Origin: an uncultured Candidatus Saccharibacteria bacterium
Lineage (GTDB): Bacteria; Patescibacteriota; Minisyncoccia; Phycocordibacterales; UBA5272
Assembly: GCA_964391935.1 (NCBI GenBank)
Contig: CAYMOA010000002.1
Coordinates: forward strand, 995 to 64,994
Length of the DNA: 64,000 nucleotides
Direction of reading: 5' to 3'
The translations under genes were made by a program, and so were the position numbers. Positions 38,979-47,347 of this stretch are shown in pieces. The stretch's first letter is position 1. The number at the start of each line of letters is the position of its first letter. The notes below the pieces were generated by a model that did not search any database, was not told the DNA's origin, and saw only the letters and a list, made by a program, of their open reading frames with translations.

Positions 38979-39007
38979 AAAATACCCTTATCTTATAAGG
39001 GTATTTT
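38979..39007. terminator. Hairpin AAAATACCCTTAT-CTT-ATAAGGGTATTTT, same arms as the R5 inner hairpin
   Basis: Perfect 13-bp inverted repeat ~30 nt after a stop codon. Confidence 0.6.
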
Positions 39008-39068
39008 ATTTATAACTTAACTATAGCTTAACTTAAAATCTGATTGCATTTTCGGTATACCACCGTAT

Positions 39069-39230
39069 GTGAAATTATCAACTAAAGCAATCCAAGACCT
39101 CAAAGAAACCCTCAAAAAAGAATACGGGTCTTTTTTTGGATTGTCAGATATTGAGTTAGAAGAAATTGGACTTTTCCTTTTAACTGCAGTTGCAGAGGAT
39201 TTGAAATTAAGAGCACAAAAAACTTGTTAA
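39069..39230 (+). CDS. Small 53-aa MGE protein MKLSTKAIQDLKETLKKEYG... (not in the ORF track)
   Basis: GTG start, open to TAA at 39228-39230; TATACC box upstream. Confidence 0.55.
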   Translation: MKLSTKAIQDLKETLKKEYGSFFGLSDIELEEIGLFLLTAVAEDLKLRAQKTC

Positions 39231-39596
39231 TTCCGAGTTGTTTATTTATGTAAACAGTTCGGAGTTAAGAAATTAACTCCATAACATTGTTATGGAAACC
39301 ATCTAAAGCAGGGAACTAGATGTAAAACTACCTCTGAAAGTTATTGTTAAGGTGCTAATGGGAAAGGCAAGAAAATGAGTTCTCACCCCTCTCACTTGCC
39401 CACTTGTTTAGCATCGTAGCAATCTCACTGTGAAGGTTGATGAGTCACGGAAGTAAGCACTCCGAACAATGACTACTATGTAGCTCTAACAGAAACCATA
39501 ACTCCATACAAGCCATTTTTGGCTAGCACTTTTATTGCTTAGAACAAAAGCAAAAGGGGTGAAGTGCAATTATTAACAAAATAATAAAAACAAATT

Positions 39597-39830
39597 ATGA
39601 AAAGTTTAAGAGTGAACTATACAAGAAAATCACAAAAAGCAGAAGACAGAAGTGCATATCTATCTTTTGCAGATGCTGTAAAAAACAAAAGATTTTCCAG
39701 AAAAACTATTTTGAAGAACTTTGGAAAACTTATTCCAACTTATGAATATGACTCTGAGGATAAAAGACTGCTAATTGACCATCTCTATGAATTGTCAAAC
39801 CCCACTGTGGAGAGCCAAATTGAAGACTAA
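39597..39830 (+). CDS. Small hypothetical protein whose N-terminus mimics the serine-recombinase YxRKS motif
   Basis: NYTRKSQKAEDR versus DYYRKSSRAEDK in the downstream LSR. Confidence 0.5.
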   Translation: MKSLRVNYTRKSQKAEDRSAYLSFADAVKNKRFSRKTILKNFGKLIPTYEYDSEDKRLLIDHLYELSNPTVESQIED

Positions 39831-40029
39831 AATGCTCAATTAGGAATTTAAAAGTTACAAGTTGATTCAGATATCATCTTAGTAAGTTACAACATTAAAA
39901 ACCGTGTTAAACTAACACTGCTACACCATAGAAAATTACAAGAATAACAATTATTTTTGTAAGTAAAAACGAGACAATGACCTCTATGGTGTAGCAACTA
40001 AAAAGCGTCGTTGTCTCATTTTTACTTAT

Positions 40030-41727
40030 ATGGATAAAATAAAAAGCAAATTTAACACATTATTGATTGATGACTATTACCGAAAGTCATCTAGAGCAGA
40101 AGATAAGCAAGCTTTGTCACTTGATGGACAAGAGGAGGAAGCCAAAAAAGCTAGAGAAATGTATGGGATTCCTAAAGCCCTTAATACATACAAAGAATCC
40201 CGTTCAGCTAAATACGCAGGAAAAAGAGTTCTTTATTCTGAAATGAAAATGAGAATTGTTAAGGGAGAAATAAATTGTATTTTTGCTTGGCACTTAAATC
40301 GTATTGCAAGAAATATGACAGAGGCAGGTGAGCTAATTGATTGGGTAAGTGATGGCAAGCTTATTGTAATAACTTTTTATGACAATCAAATAGAGGTTTA
40401 CGATGAAGATTCTGACACTTCTGTAATGGCACAAAAATTTGGTGCAAATAAACAATACTCTCACACCTTAAGTAAAGATGTTAAAAGAGGTCAAAGAACT
40501 AAAGCAAAACTTAAAGGATTACCCCAAGGTTTAGCAACTATTGGTTATAAAAATTCAAAGCAAGGCGAAAAGGGAGAGCGTTGGTGGTATGTAGATGAAG
40601 AAAGACTTTGGAAGATTAAAAAACTTTTTGAACTTTTTTTAACAGGTAGATATTCAATTGGTAAACTCCATAAATACGCAACAGAAGAACTGAAACTTAC
40701 TACCCCGTCACATAAAACTTTAGGAGGGAAACTGGTTACCAGAGAGTATCTAGGAAAGATTTTACATAATCCAATCTTTGCTGGCTTCTTTTTTGTTCAA
40801 GGTGAAAGATACACCCTTGATAAAAATCTTCCCAGAATAATTACAGTAAGCGAACACAATAAAATCAAACTCATTCTCACAAGTCGTTGTAACCCTAAAG
40901 TCCAAAAACACGAAGCAGTATTTTCGGGATTTATCAAATCTGATACAGGAGATTTTATTGGACAGGATATAAAACGCCAACTTTGGTGTGATTGCCGACA
41001 TAAATTTGCCTATCGTGACAAAAAGAACTGCCCTAAATGTAACAGAAAGATTGATGAGCTAGATAATCCTGAATATTTTATTCAAAATTATTATTACAAT
41101 AATCGCAAAAAGAAAGCAGGACTTGAATATAAATCAATAACAGAGGAAAGGATTACCAATGAGATAATTGAATATGTAGAAGAGAATTTAAAACTTCCCT
41201 TTTCTTTATTGGAATGGACTAAAAAACATATATACGAACTCAAAGACCAAGAAGTTTCTGATAGCCTCAACATAGAAAAAGATAAGGGACTCAGAAAGAC
41301 TGATTATGAAAATAAAAAGAAAAATGCCACAAAGCTATTTATTGAAGGAAAAATAAATGAGGAAGAGAGAAAGCAATTTTTACTTGATGTTGAAAATGAA
41401 TACACTGACTTAAATGAAAACAATACTCCTAAAATAAACTGGGTTGAAAAATTAGAAGAAATTATTGATGTAACAGTTTCAATAAAAAATGTACTGACAA
41501 ATGGTGACTTTGAAGCCAAAAGAGTTCTTTTAACTAGATTAGGTTCGCACTGGACTTGGGACGACAAAAACCTCTTAATTTACAACGCTAAATCAGTAAA
41601 CACTTTCTCAGATGGAATAAAAACCGTAAAACCAATTTTATCAAAGTTCGGCAACAGAAAAGCCCTTGTAGAACAAGAGCTTTCTGACGAAAACAGTGAA
41701 CTTTGTATCACCCTGCGGGCCATGTGA
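40030..41727 (+). CDS. Large serine recombinase 1
   Basis: YYRKSS catalytic Ser, RIARN, recombinase domain (ILHNPIFAG), CxC...CPKC insert, coiled coil. Confidence 0.92.
   Translation: MDKIKSKFNTLLIDDYYRKSSRAEDKQALSLDGQEEEAKKAREMYGIPKALNTYKESRSAKYAGKRVLYSEMKMRIVKGEINCIFAWHLNRIARNMTEAGELIDWVSDGKLIVITFYDNQIEVYDEDSDTSVMAQKFGANKQYSHTLSKDVKRGQRTKAKLKGLPQGLATIGYKNSKQGEKGERWWYVDEERLWKIKKLFELFLTGRYSIGKLHKYATEELKLTTPSHKTLGGKLVTREYLGKILHNPIFAGFFFVQGERYTLDKNLPRIITVSEHNKIKLILTSRCNPKVQKHEAVFSGFIKSDTGDFIGQDIKRQLWCDCRHKFAYRDKKNCPKCNRKIDELDNPEYFIQNYYYNNRKKKAGLEYKSITEERITNEIIEYVEENLKLPFSLLEWTKKHIYELKDQEVSDSLNIEKDKGLRKTDYENKKKNATKLFIEGKINEEERKQFLLDVENEYTDLNENNTPKINWVEKLEEIIDVTVSIKNVLTNGDFEAKRVLLTRLGSHWTWDDKNLLIYNAKSVNTFSDGIKTVKPILSKFGNRKALVEQELSDENSELCITLRAM
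41698..41718. other. Putative att half-site (P arm plus GCGG core) inside the LSR 3' end
   Basis: GAACTTTGTAT matches the reverse complement of the repeats' ATACAATGTTC at 10/11; shared GCGG. Confidence 0.65.
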
Positions 41728-41977
41728 GTTAAGTACCCCAGCTTCCTTACCCCACAAGGCTTTTCTGGGAATAATTTTAGCTTGAAAATTAGACAGGTGA
41801 GTCACTATGAAATGCCAACAAATGCCAAAAAACTAGGAGTACTATTGACGTGCTTAGATCAGTATTTCCTTAATTTAATCCTTATAAAATAAAGGTTTTA
41901 TAGGAAACAAGAATTTAATACCTTAGAAGCGTTTTGGCATTTAAATTACTATTGACATTGTTAATTTATTATTGTAT

Positions 41978-42643
41978 TTAGTAGAAGGAGTTGTCTTCTT
42001 TGGAAACATAGAAATCAATTCTAGCCTTACCACTATCACCAAACTTATCATCAAAAGAAACTATTGGCGGTTTACCTCGGGCTGAAAATTCTAGAGTCTT
42101 AAACAAATAGCCTAAAAACGATCCGGTATATCTGTATCTGTATATACAACCAGTAATTTGGTCAGACACTTCATCTGGGTATCCCTTCCATTTATGGATT
42201 TGAGGATATTTATCAATCCAATCATTTACTATATAGCTTACCCAAGAAACTAGTTCGTCTTTAGCTTTTAGATTTCCTTTTTGCGAAAGCCTAACAAGGG
42301 ATATAGTTATATTATTACAAATTTTTTGTTCTCTCTTGTTACTTTGAGTCAAAAATAGATAGAGTTTATCTCTGTACTTTTCAAGTACTTTTTCCACTTG
42401 TTCTTTATTGGAGTAAAAGTTAATTTTCTTTCTCTTGTACCTTATCCATCTTCTTTGGAAACTTTTGTCCAATTTTATAGTTACTTTATCCCAGTCTACA
42501 TCTCCATTTTCCGTACGAAATTTTTTGCTAAAAAAGTTGTAAAGTGGCTGGGATTGTTTAAAGATCCAAGAACTAGAAAAAACGCTTGGATTTTCTTTAG
42601 CTAGGATTGTATTTAGTTTGTATATAGCTTTTTTAGAATTCAA
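41978..42643 (-). CDS. Sigma70 region-2-like protein without region 4
   Basis: LVRLSQKGNLKAKDELV...SFLGYLFKTL pattern. Confidence 0.55.
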   Translation of the reverse strand: MNSKKAIYKLNTILAKENPSVFSSSWIFKQSQPLYNFFSKKFRTENGDVDWDKVTIKLDKSFQRRWIRYKRKKINFYSNKEQVEKVLEKYRDKLYLFLTQSNKREQKICNNITISLVRLSQKGNLKAKDELVSWVSYIVNDWIDKYPQIHKWKGYPDEVSDQITGCIYRYRYTGSFLGYLFKTLEFSARGKPPIVSFDDKFGDSGKARIDFYVSKEDNSFY

Positions 42644-42644
42644 T

Positions 42645-43262
42645 CTATATATATTTTAACAAATTATTGTCGTTAATTTTCCTAAACATTGCCTCCTCAC
42701 TTACTCTGTACCTTATCGCTAGTTCCTTCACATTTTTTATCGTCTTCAGATCTGTTTTAAGTATATCGGTTGGCATCAAAAGATCTGCGGCAAAAATATT
42801 TGCATCTATTTCTATGTCTGATTTACCGCTACCAAGTATATGTGTAGTATTAAAAATCAAATGTCCTAGTTCATGGGCAATACTGAATCTTTGGTGACAG
42901 TATGGTTTCGCAGGGTTATAGCCCAACGTGTAAATTTCCTCGTTTAAAAGTTTTGTTTTTACTATTTGTGCAGAAATTCTACTCGTAAAGTCTGGATTTG
43001 GTAAAATATCTAGAATGTACAAATCTGCATCATTTAAAAACTCTTGAATCTTTAACAGGTCAACTGGGATGACACCTATCTTCGATAGCTTCAATAATCT
43101 TTTAGCCAAATTTTTTGCACCTTTTTTATGGATGTTTGAAACTTTAAATTCCACTTCGTCTGCAAACCTAGTCTTCTTTGGTTGAAAGTGATCGAAACTG
43201 TCTTCTATCACTTCTTCACTATTTTCTTTTTCTCTTTGCATGATTTTCTTTTGCCATTTCAA
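42645..43262 (-). CDS. ImmA/IrrE family metallopeptidase
   Basis: RFSIAHELGH and EIDANIFAADLLMP motifs; start uncertain. Confidence 0.9.
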   Translation of the reverse strand: MKWQKKIMQREKENSEEVIEDSFDHFQPKKTRFADEVEFKVSNIHKKGAKNLAKRLLKLSKIGVIPVDLLKIQEFLNDADLYILDILPNPDFTSRISAQIVKTKLLNEEIYTLGYNPAKPYCHQRFSIAHELGHLIFNTTHILGSGKSDIEIDANIFAADLLMPTDILKTDLKTIKNVKELAIRYRVSEEAMFRKINDNNLLKYI

Positions 43263-43566
43263 TGAATCTCATAATAGCTTCTTTATCCTCTGTACCTAGG
43301 TTAGCATCGGCTCTTAGTGCATACTCCACTTGTATAGATTCATATTTCTCTCCTAAAAAATATTTGATGTCCTTTTTTAAAAACTTAGCGATCTTTTCCA
43401 AGTTTTCCACAGTTATCTTCCTCTCTCCCTTCTCTATTAAAGATATAGCAGAAGCTGACTCAAATTCTAGTTCCTTAGCTAAAAGAGTCTGAGACATGCC
43501 TGCGTCCTCTCGAGCCGTCTTTATCCTATCTCCTATGTACTGTGCTTTGGTTATATCATTTTGCAT
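43219..43566 (-). CDS. XRE-family HTH repressor
   Basis: IGDRIKTAREDAGMSQ..LA...ISLIEKGER motif. Confidence 0.92.
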   Translation of the reverse strand: MQNDITKAQYIGDRIKTAREDAGMSQTLLAKELEFESASAISLIEKGERKITVENLEKIAKFLKKDIKYFLGEKYESIQVEYALRADANLGTEDKEAIMRFIEMAKENHAKRKRK

Positions 43567-43756
43567 AGAAGCATATTAGCATTTCCAAATTGGAAAGTAA
43601 AGCTGTGAGTATTGCATATAATTTGACTCTGTGTTAAGCTTAATTTAACAATGTGTGCATATAGCACATATCTGCCAGGAGAGTAACCTCTTCGCTATTA
43701 GTAAAACACAAAATTAAAAATAATTCCAGTCCTGAAAAGGGGCTGGGCAAAATAGT

Positions 43757-44689
43757 ATGCAAATCAACAAAAAACGGATCTATAGTCTAAATAATAATTT
43801 ACCCAACAGTCTGCGAGATAAAGTCTTCGTACCTGCAATCATTCTGGATGCAACGGCCGACAAAAAGAAAATCTTTAACCTCGGTTTTACTGAAAAAATG
43901 GAAATCGGGGAAACATTGCTACCCTCATCGGTAGGTGCGGTTAGTCGCTTTAATACAGAAGGAAGAGATATCCCAGACAAGACAAAACCAAAAGTAACAA
44001 AGTATTATGAAGTTGAATGGACTCGCAAAGAATGGGCTGGCAGAGGTCAGACGAGAGACGTGACAAGTATAATCACAAGATCTAGACAGGTTTGGCAAAG
44101 AAATTTTATACCCCCTCCATCGATATCACTCTCAATAACAAAGAAGGAAGATGGGAAAGTTTACATAAGTACCCCCAAGACAAAATTTACAAGCGACGAA
44201 GAAGACGCACTACACAAAATTAATTTGATACTTGAAATATTTGATACTTGCTACGTTTTAAATGAAGAAAGTGTGCCAATTCTTAAAAACTCTATTTTAT
44301 TAAATTGGAAAGTCTTACCACCTGGAAAGAGACCTTGGAAAGAACAGAAGAAAGAACTGGAACAGTTTTTCAATGCTCAAAAAAGCAAAAACGTTAAGCC
44401 GGTTCTTGAATCTAGACTCGAGGAAATCAACGAACTACAGCCGGAGTTTACTGCAATTGGAAATCAAGGGTACCGAGGTTATGTTGTATTTGGATTTCCA
44501 AAGAAAAAAATCTACATCCTTGAATCAGCCTTTTACGGAAATGCAATCTATGTTTTTAAAGATGACTGGGAAGGTTTGTCCAAAAAAACCAAGGCAGAAA
44601 TTCTAAATGCTAAGTTGCAACTCATCCGGATTACTCACACGGGTGAGAAAATAAACTGGTTAGAAAAAATTAGAGGACTGTTAAAATAA
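43757..44689 (+). CDS. Hypothetical protein
   Basis: 310-aa ORF heading the operon divergent from the repressor. Confidence 0.7.
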   Translation: MQINKKRIYSLNNNLPNSLRDKVFVPAIILDATADKKKIFNLGFTEKMEIGETLLPSSVGAVSRFNTEGRDIPDKTKPKVTKYYEVEWTRKEWAGRGQTRDVTSIITRSRQVWQRNFIPPPSISLSITKKEDGKVYISTPKTKFTSDEEDALHKINLILEIFDTCYVLNEESVPILKNSILLNWKVLPPGKRPWKEQKKELEQFFNAQKSKNVKPVLESRLEEINELQPEFTAIGNQGYRGYVVFGFPKKKIYILESAFYGNAIYVFKDDWEGLSKKTKAEILNAKLQLIRITHTGEKINWLEKIRGLLK

Positions 44690-44697
44690 AAAATTAT

Positions 44698-46008
44698 ATG
44701 AATCAAGAAACAATAGTAGACAAGTTAGTCTGGGTTCCTGCAAAGAGGAAAATATCAATTTTAAAACCATCCGAATACAATCCTCGCAAGATGACAGAAA
44801 ACGAAAAGAGAGATATTGAAAACTCTATTGATGGTTTTGGCCGTGTTGTACCACTTGTAGTGAATATAGGTTCTCGGGAAAATATCTTAATCGGAGGCCA
44901 CCAAAGATGGAAAATATACAAGGAAAAGAAGATTGAAGAAGTGGATGTAGTCATACCAAATCGAGAACTCACACTTGATGAGGAAAAAGAACTGAATCTT
45001 AGGTTAAATAAAAACCTTGGATCTTGGGATCAAGACTTACTCAAAGAAATGGATTTAGACCTCCTTTTAGGGGTTGGTTTCGGCGATGAAGAGTTGCAGT
45101 CTTTATTCGACAATGTGGAAGTGACAGAAGATGATTTTGATTTGGAAAAAGCAATTAAAGAGATTACCGAGCCTAGAGTTAAGACAGGAGAAATCTGGGA
45201 ACTTGGAAATCACCGACTGCTCGTAGGTGATTCTACTAACGAGGTACAGGTTAAACAATTAATGCAAACTGAGCTGGCGGATATTGTGTATTGTGACCCT
45301 CCTTACAATATCGGACTAGACTATTCCAAAGGCATTGGGAACTCTGAGAAATATGGGGGCAACTATTCAGGAAAAGATGATTCTAAGGGAGATAAAGAAT
45401 ACGGTACGTTCTTAGAGGAAAGTATTTCTGTTTCTAAATTGATTTCCAAACCAAATACGCACTTCTTTTATTGGTGTGATTCTAAGTACATTTGGCTAGT
45501 GCAAACCCTATACCAAAAATTTAGCATAACAAACAAAAGAGTTTGTCTATGGATAAAAAATAACCAGAACCCAACTCACAAAATTGCGTTTAATAAAGTT
45601 TACGAGCCATGCGTGTATGGGATCATTGGGAAACCATACCTGAATGCTGGTTTTAATAATGCAAATGAAGTGCTGAACCAAGAAGTTGGGAGCGGTAACC
45701 AAGTGCATGAAGAAATTTACGACATGATTGATTTATGGATTGCTAAAAGAGACCAGACCACGGAGTATCTGCACCCAACTCAAAAACCAGTAACTCTTAA
45801 TGAAAAGCCATTAAAAAGATGTTCTGCTCCTGGACATATTGTCTACTCTGGTTTTGCTGGAAGCGGAAGCGACTTAATCGCCTGCGAAACTCTAAACCGA
45901 AAGTGGAGAGGTGTGGAGCAAGATCTAATCTTTGCAACCATTGTGATCGATAGATGGGAAAAGTTTACTAATCAAAAAGCCAAACTACTTTATGGAAACA
46001 ATAAATAA
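44698..46008 (+). CDS. ParB-like domain plus N6/N4 DNA methyltransferase
   Basis: YNPR and IGGHQR (ParB); DPPY, HPTQKP and variant GFAGSGS. Confidence 0.88.
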   Translation: MNQETIVDKLVWVPAKRKISILKPSEYNPRKMTENEKRDIENSIDGFGRVVPLVVNIGSRENILIGGHQRWKIYKEKKIEEVDVVIPNRELTLDEEKELNLRLNKNLGSWDQDLLKEMDLDLLLGVGFGDEELQSLFDNVEVTEDDFDLEKAIKEITEPRVKTGEIWELGNHRLLVGDSTNEVQVKQLMQTELADIVYCDPPYNIGLDYSKGIGNSEKYGGNYSGKDDSKGDKEYGTFLEESISVSKLISKPNTHFFYWCDSKYIWLVQTLYQKFSITNKRVCLWIKNNQNPTHKIAFNKVYEPCVYGIIGKPYLNAGFNNANEVLNQEVGSGNQVHEEIYDMIDLWIAKRDQTTEYLHPTQKPVTLNEKPLKRCSAPGHIVYSGFAGSGSDLIACETLNRKWRGVEQDLIFATIVIDRWEKFTNQKAKLLYGNNK

Positions 46009-46741
46009 CGGAGACATTTTTGAAATTGGTGAGCATGTTATCGCCTGTGGTGATTCCTTGGATACAGCGTTTGTGAAAAAAGTAATAGGCAATAAAAAGA
46101 TTCGAGCAATCATTACTGACCCACCTTACGGCGTTGCTTATGTAGAAAATAAAAAGGATCTGGACCTATTAGGAACTGAAAGTAAAGAAATTCTCAACGA
46201 CCATCTTCAAACAGAAGAGGAATATTCATTGTTTATTAAACAATGGCTAGATGCAGTAACACCTTACTTAGATACCTATAACGCAGTATACATTTTCAAC
46301 AGCGACATTATGTTCCCTGCACTTAGAACTGGCCTGAAGCAAGCAGGGCTGTACTATAGCCAGATGATTATCTGGCTAAAAAACCAACCGATTATGGGAA
46401 TGAAAGATTACCTTTCTATGTTTGAACTCGTTGCATATGGGTGGTTTGGAAAACACAAAATGGAAAGGTCTAAAGCTAAAAGTGTAATTTATTACCCCAA
46501 GCCCAGTTCTTCTAAATTGCACCCAACACAAAAACCCGTTGGACTTATCCGCAAGATAATTCCAAATTCTACAAAAGTAAATGAATATATTTACGATCCA
46601 TTTCTAGGTAGTGGAACTACTGCCGTAGCTTCCCATCACCTAGGTCGAAGGTGTATTGGGATTGAAATGGAGTCAAAGTATGTAAAGATAATTCTCACTA
46701 GATTAGAAAAATTAACCGGTGAAAAAGCAGTAAAAATATAA
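45992..46741 (+). CDS. N6/N4 DNA methyltransferase
   Basis: TDPPY, HPTQKP and DPFLGSGTT motifs. Confidence 0.9.
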   Translation: METINNGDIFEIGEHVIACGDSLDTAFVKKVIGNKKIRAIITDPPYGVAYVENKKDLDLLGTESKEILNDHLQTEEEYSLFIKQWLDAVTPYLDTYNAVYIFNSDIMFPALRTGLKQAGLYYSQMIIWLKNQPIMGMKDYLSMFELVAYGWFGKHKMERSKAKSVIYYPKPSSSKLHPTQKPVGLIRKIIPNSTKVNEYIYDPFLGSGTTAVASHHLGRRCIGIEMESKYVKIILTRLEKLTGEKAVKI

Positions 46742-46745
46742 ATTT

Positions 46746-47138
46746 ATGGGAAATGAGGGTAACAAAGACAATGGAAGAAGACCTAATGTATACAAGACAC
46801 AAGATTTTGAATCCTATGTTCTTTGGAAGTCCCTACCCTCGTTTCTTAGAGGTCAGCCAAGGGTGGTTTTAGAAAAATTTGGCTTATGCGATGACATTCT
46901 AACAGAATTATTACAAATTAAAACACAAACCGAATTTGCTACCAAGCACGGGATCAAAGATCTTGGAACATTGACCGACTGGAACAAGAAGATTGAAAAA
47001 GATGGATTACTTCAACCGCTGAATTCTTGGGCAAGAAAATTAACACCCAATGTAATCTTCGCCTTATACAAAAATATTACTAAAAATGGTCGAGCCCAAG
47101 AAGTAAAAGCTTGGTACGAAATTATAGAAAATAACTAA
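46746..47138 (+). CDS. HTH protein, terminase-small-subunit-like
   Basis: KTQTEFATKHGI...TLTDWNK HTH; position after the ParB-MTase is phage-like. Confidence 0.55.
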   Translation: MGNEGNKDNGRRPNVYKTQDFESYVLWKSLPSFLRGQPRVVLEKFGLCDDILTELLQIKTQTEFATKHGIKDLGTLTDWNKKIEKDGLLQPLNSWARKLTPNVIFALYKNITKNGRAQEVKAWYEIIENN

Positions 47139-47139
47139 T

Positions 47140-47346
47140 ATGCAAAATTTAAATAATCAAATGAGTTTAGAGGAAATCAACCAAATACTTTCAGATACAC
47201 TAAGAAACGTAGTGGAAAGAAAGATTTCACTCAAACACGCAGGTACAATTTCTAAACTTGCAACTGGAATTACTAAAATAATCACCACTACAGAGCTTAA
47301 AGATCGTATAGAACTACTAGAGCAAATCTTAAAAAAGAAGAAATAA
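47140..47346 (+). CDS. Small hypothetical protein with a coiled-coil end
   Basis: TTELKDRIELLE; tightly coupled to both neighbours. Confidence 0.6.
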   Translation: MQNLNNQMSLEEINQILSDTLRNVVERKISLKHAGTISKLATGITKIITTTELKDRIELLEQILKKKK

Positions 47347-47347
47347 T

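Larger units (their letters stand above)
25009..41727. mobile_element. LSR-associated island: cassette array (25.0-33.6 kb) plus a recombinase-bearing unit (33.6-41.7 kb)
   Basis: Seven related att-like repeats, accessory cargo, and an LSR whose 3' end holds the complementary half-site. Confidence 0.75.

Noticed and set aside
41725-41727. TGA recoding (code 25) extending LSR1
   Set aside because: Long genes are intact under code 11 and several end in TGA at sensible positions.
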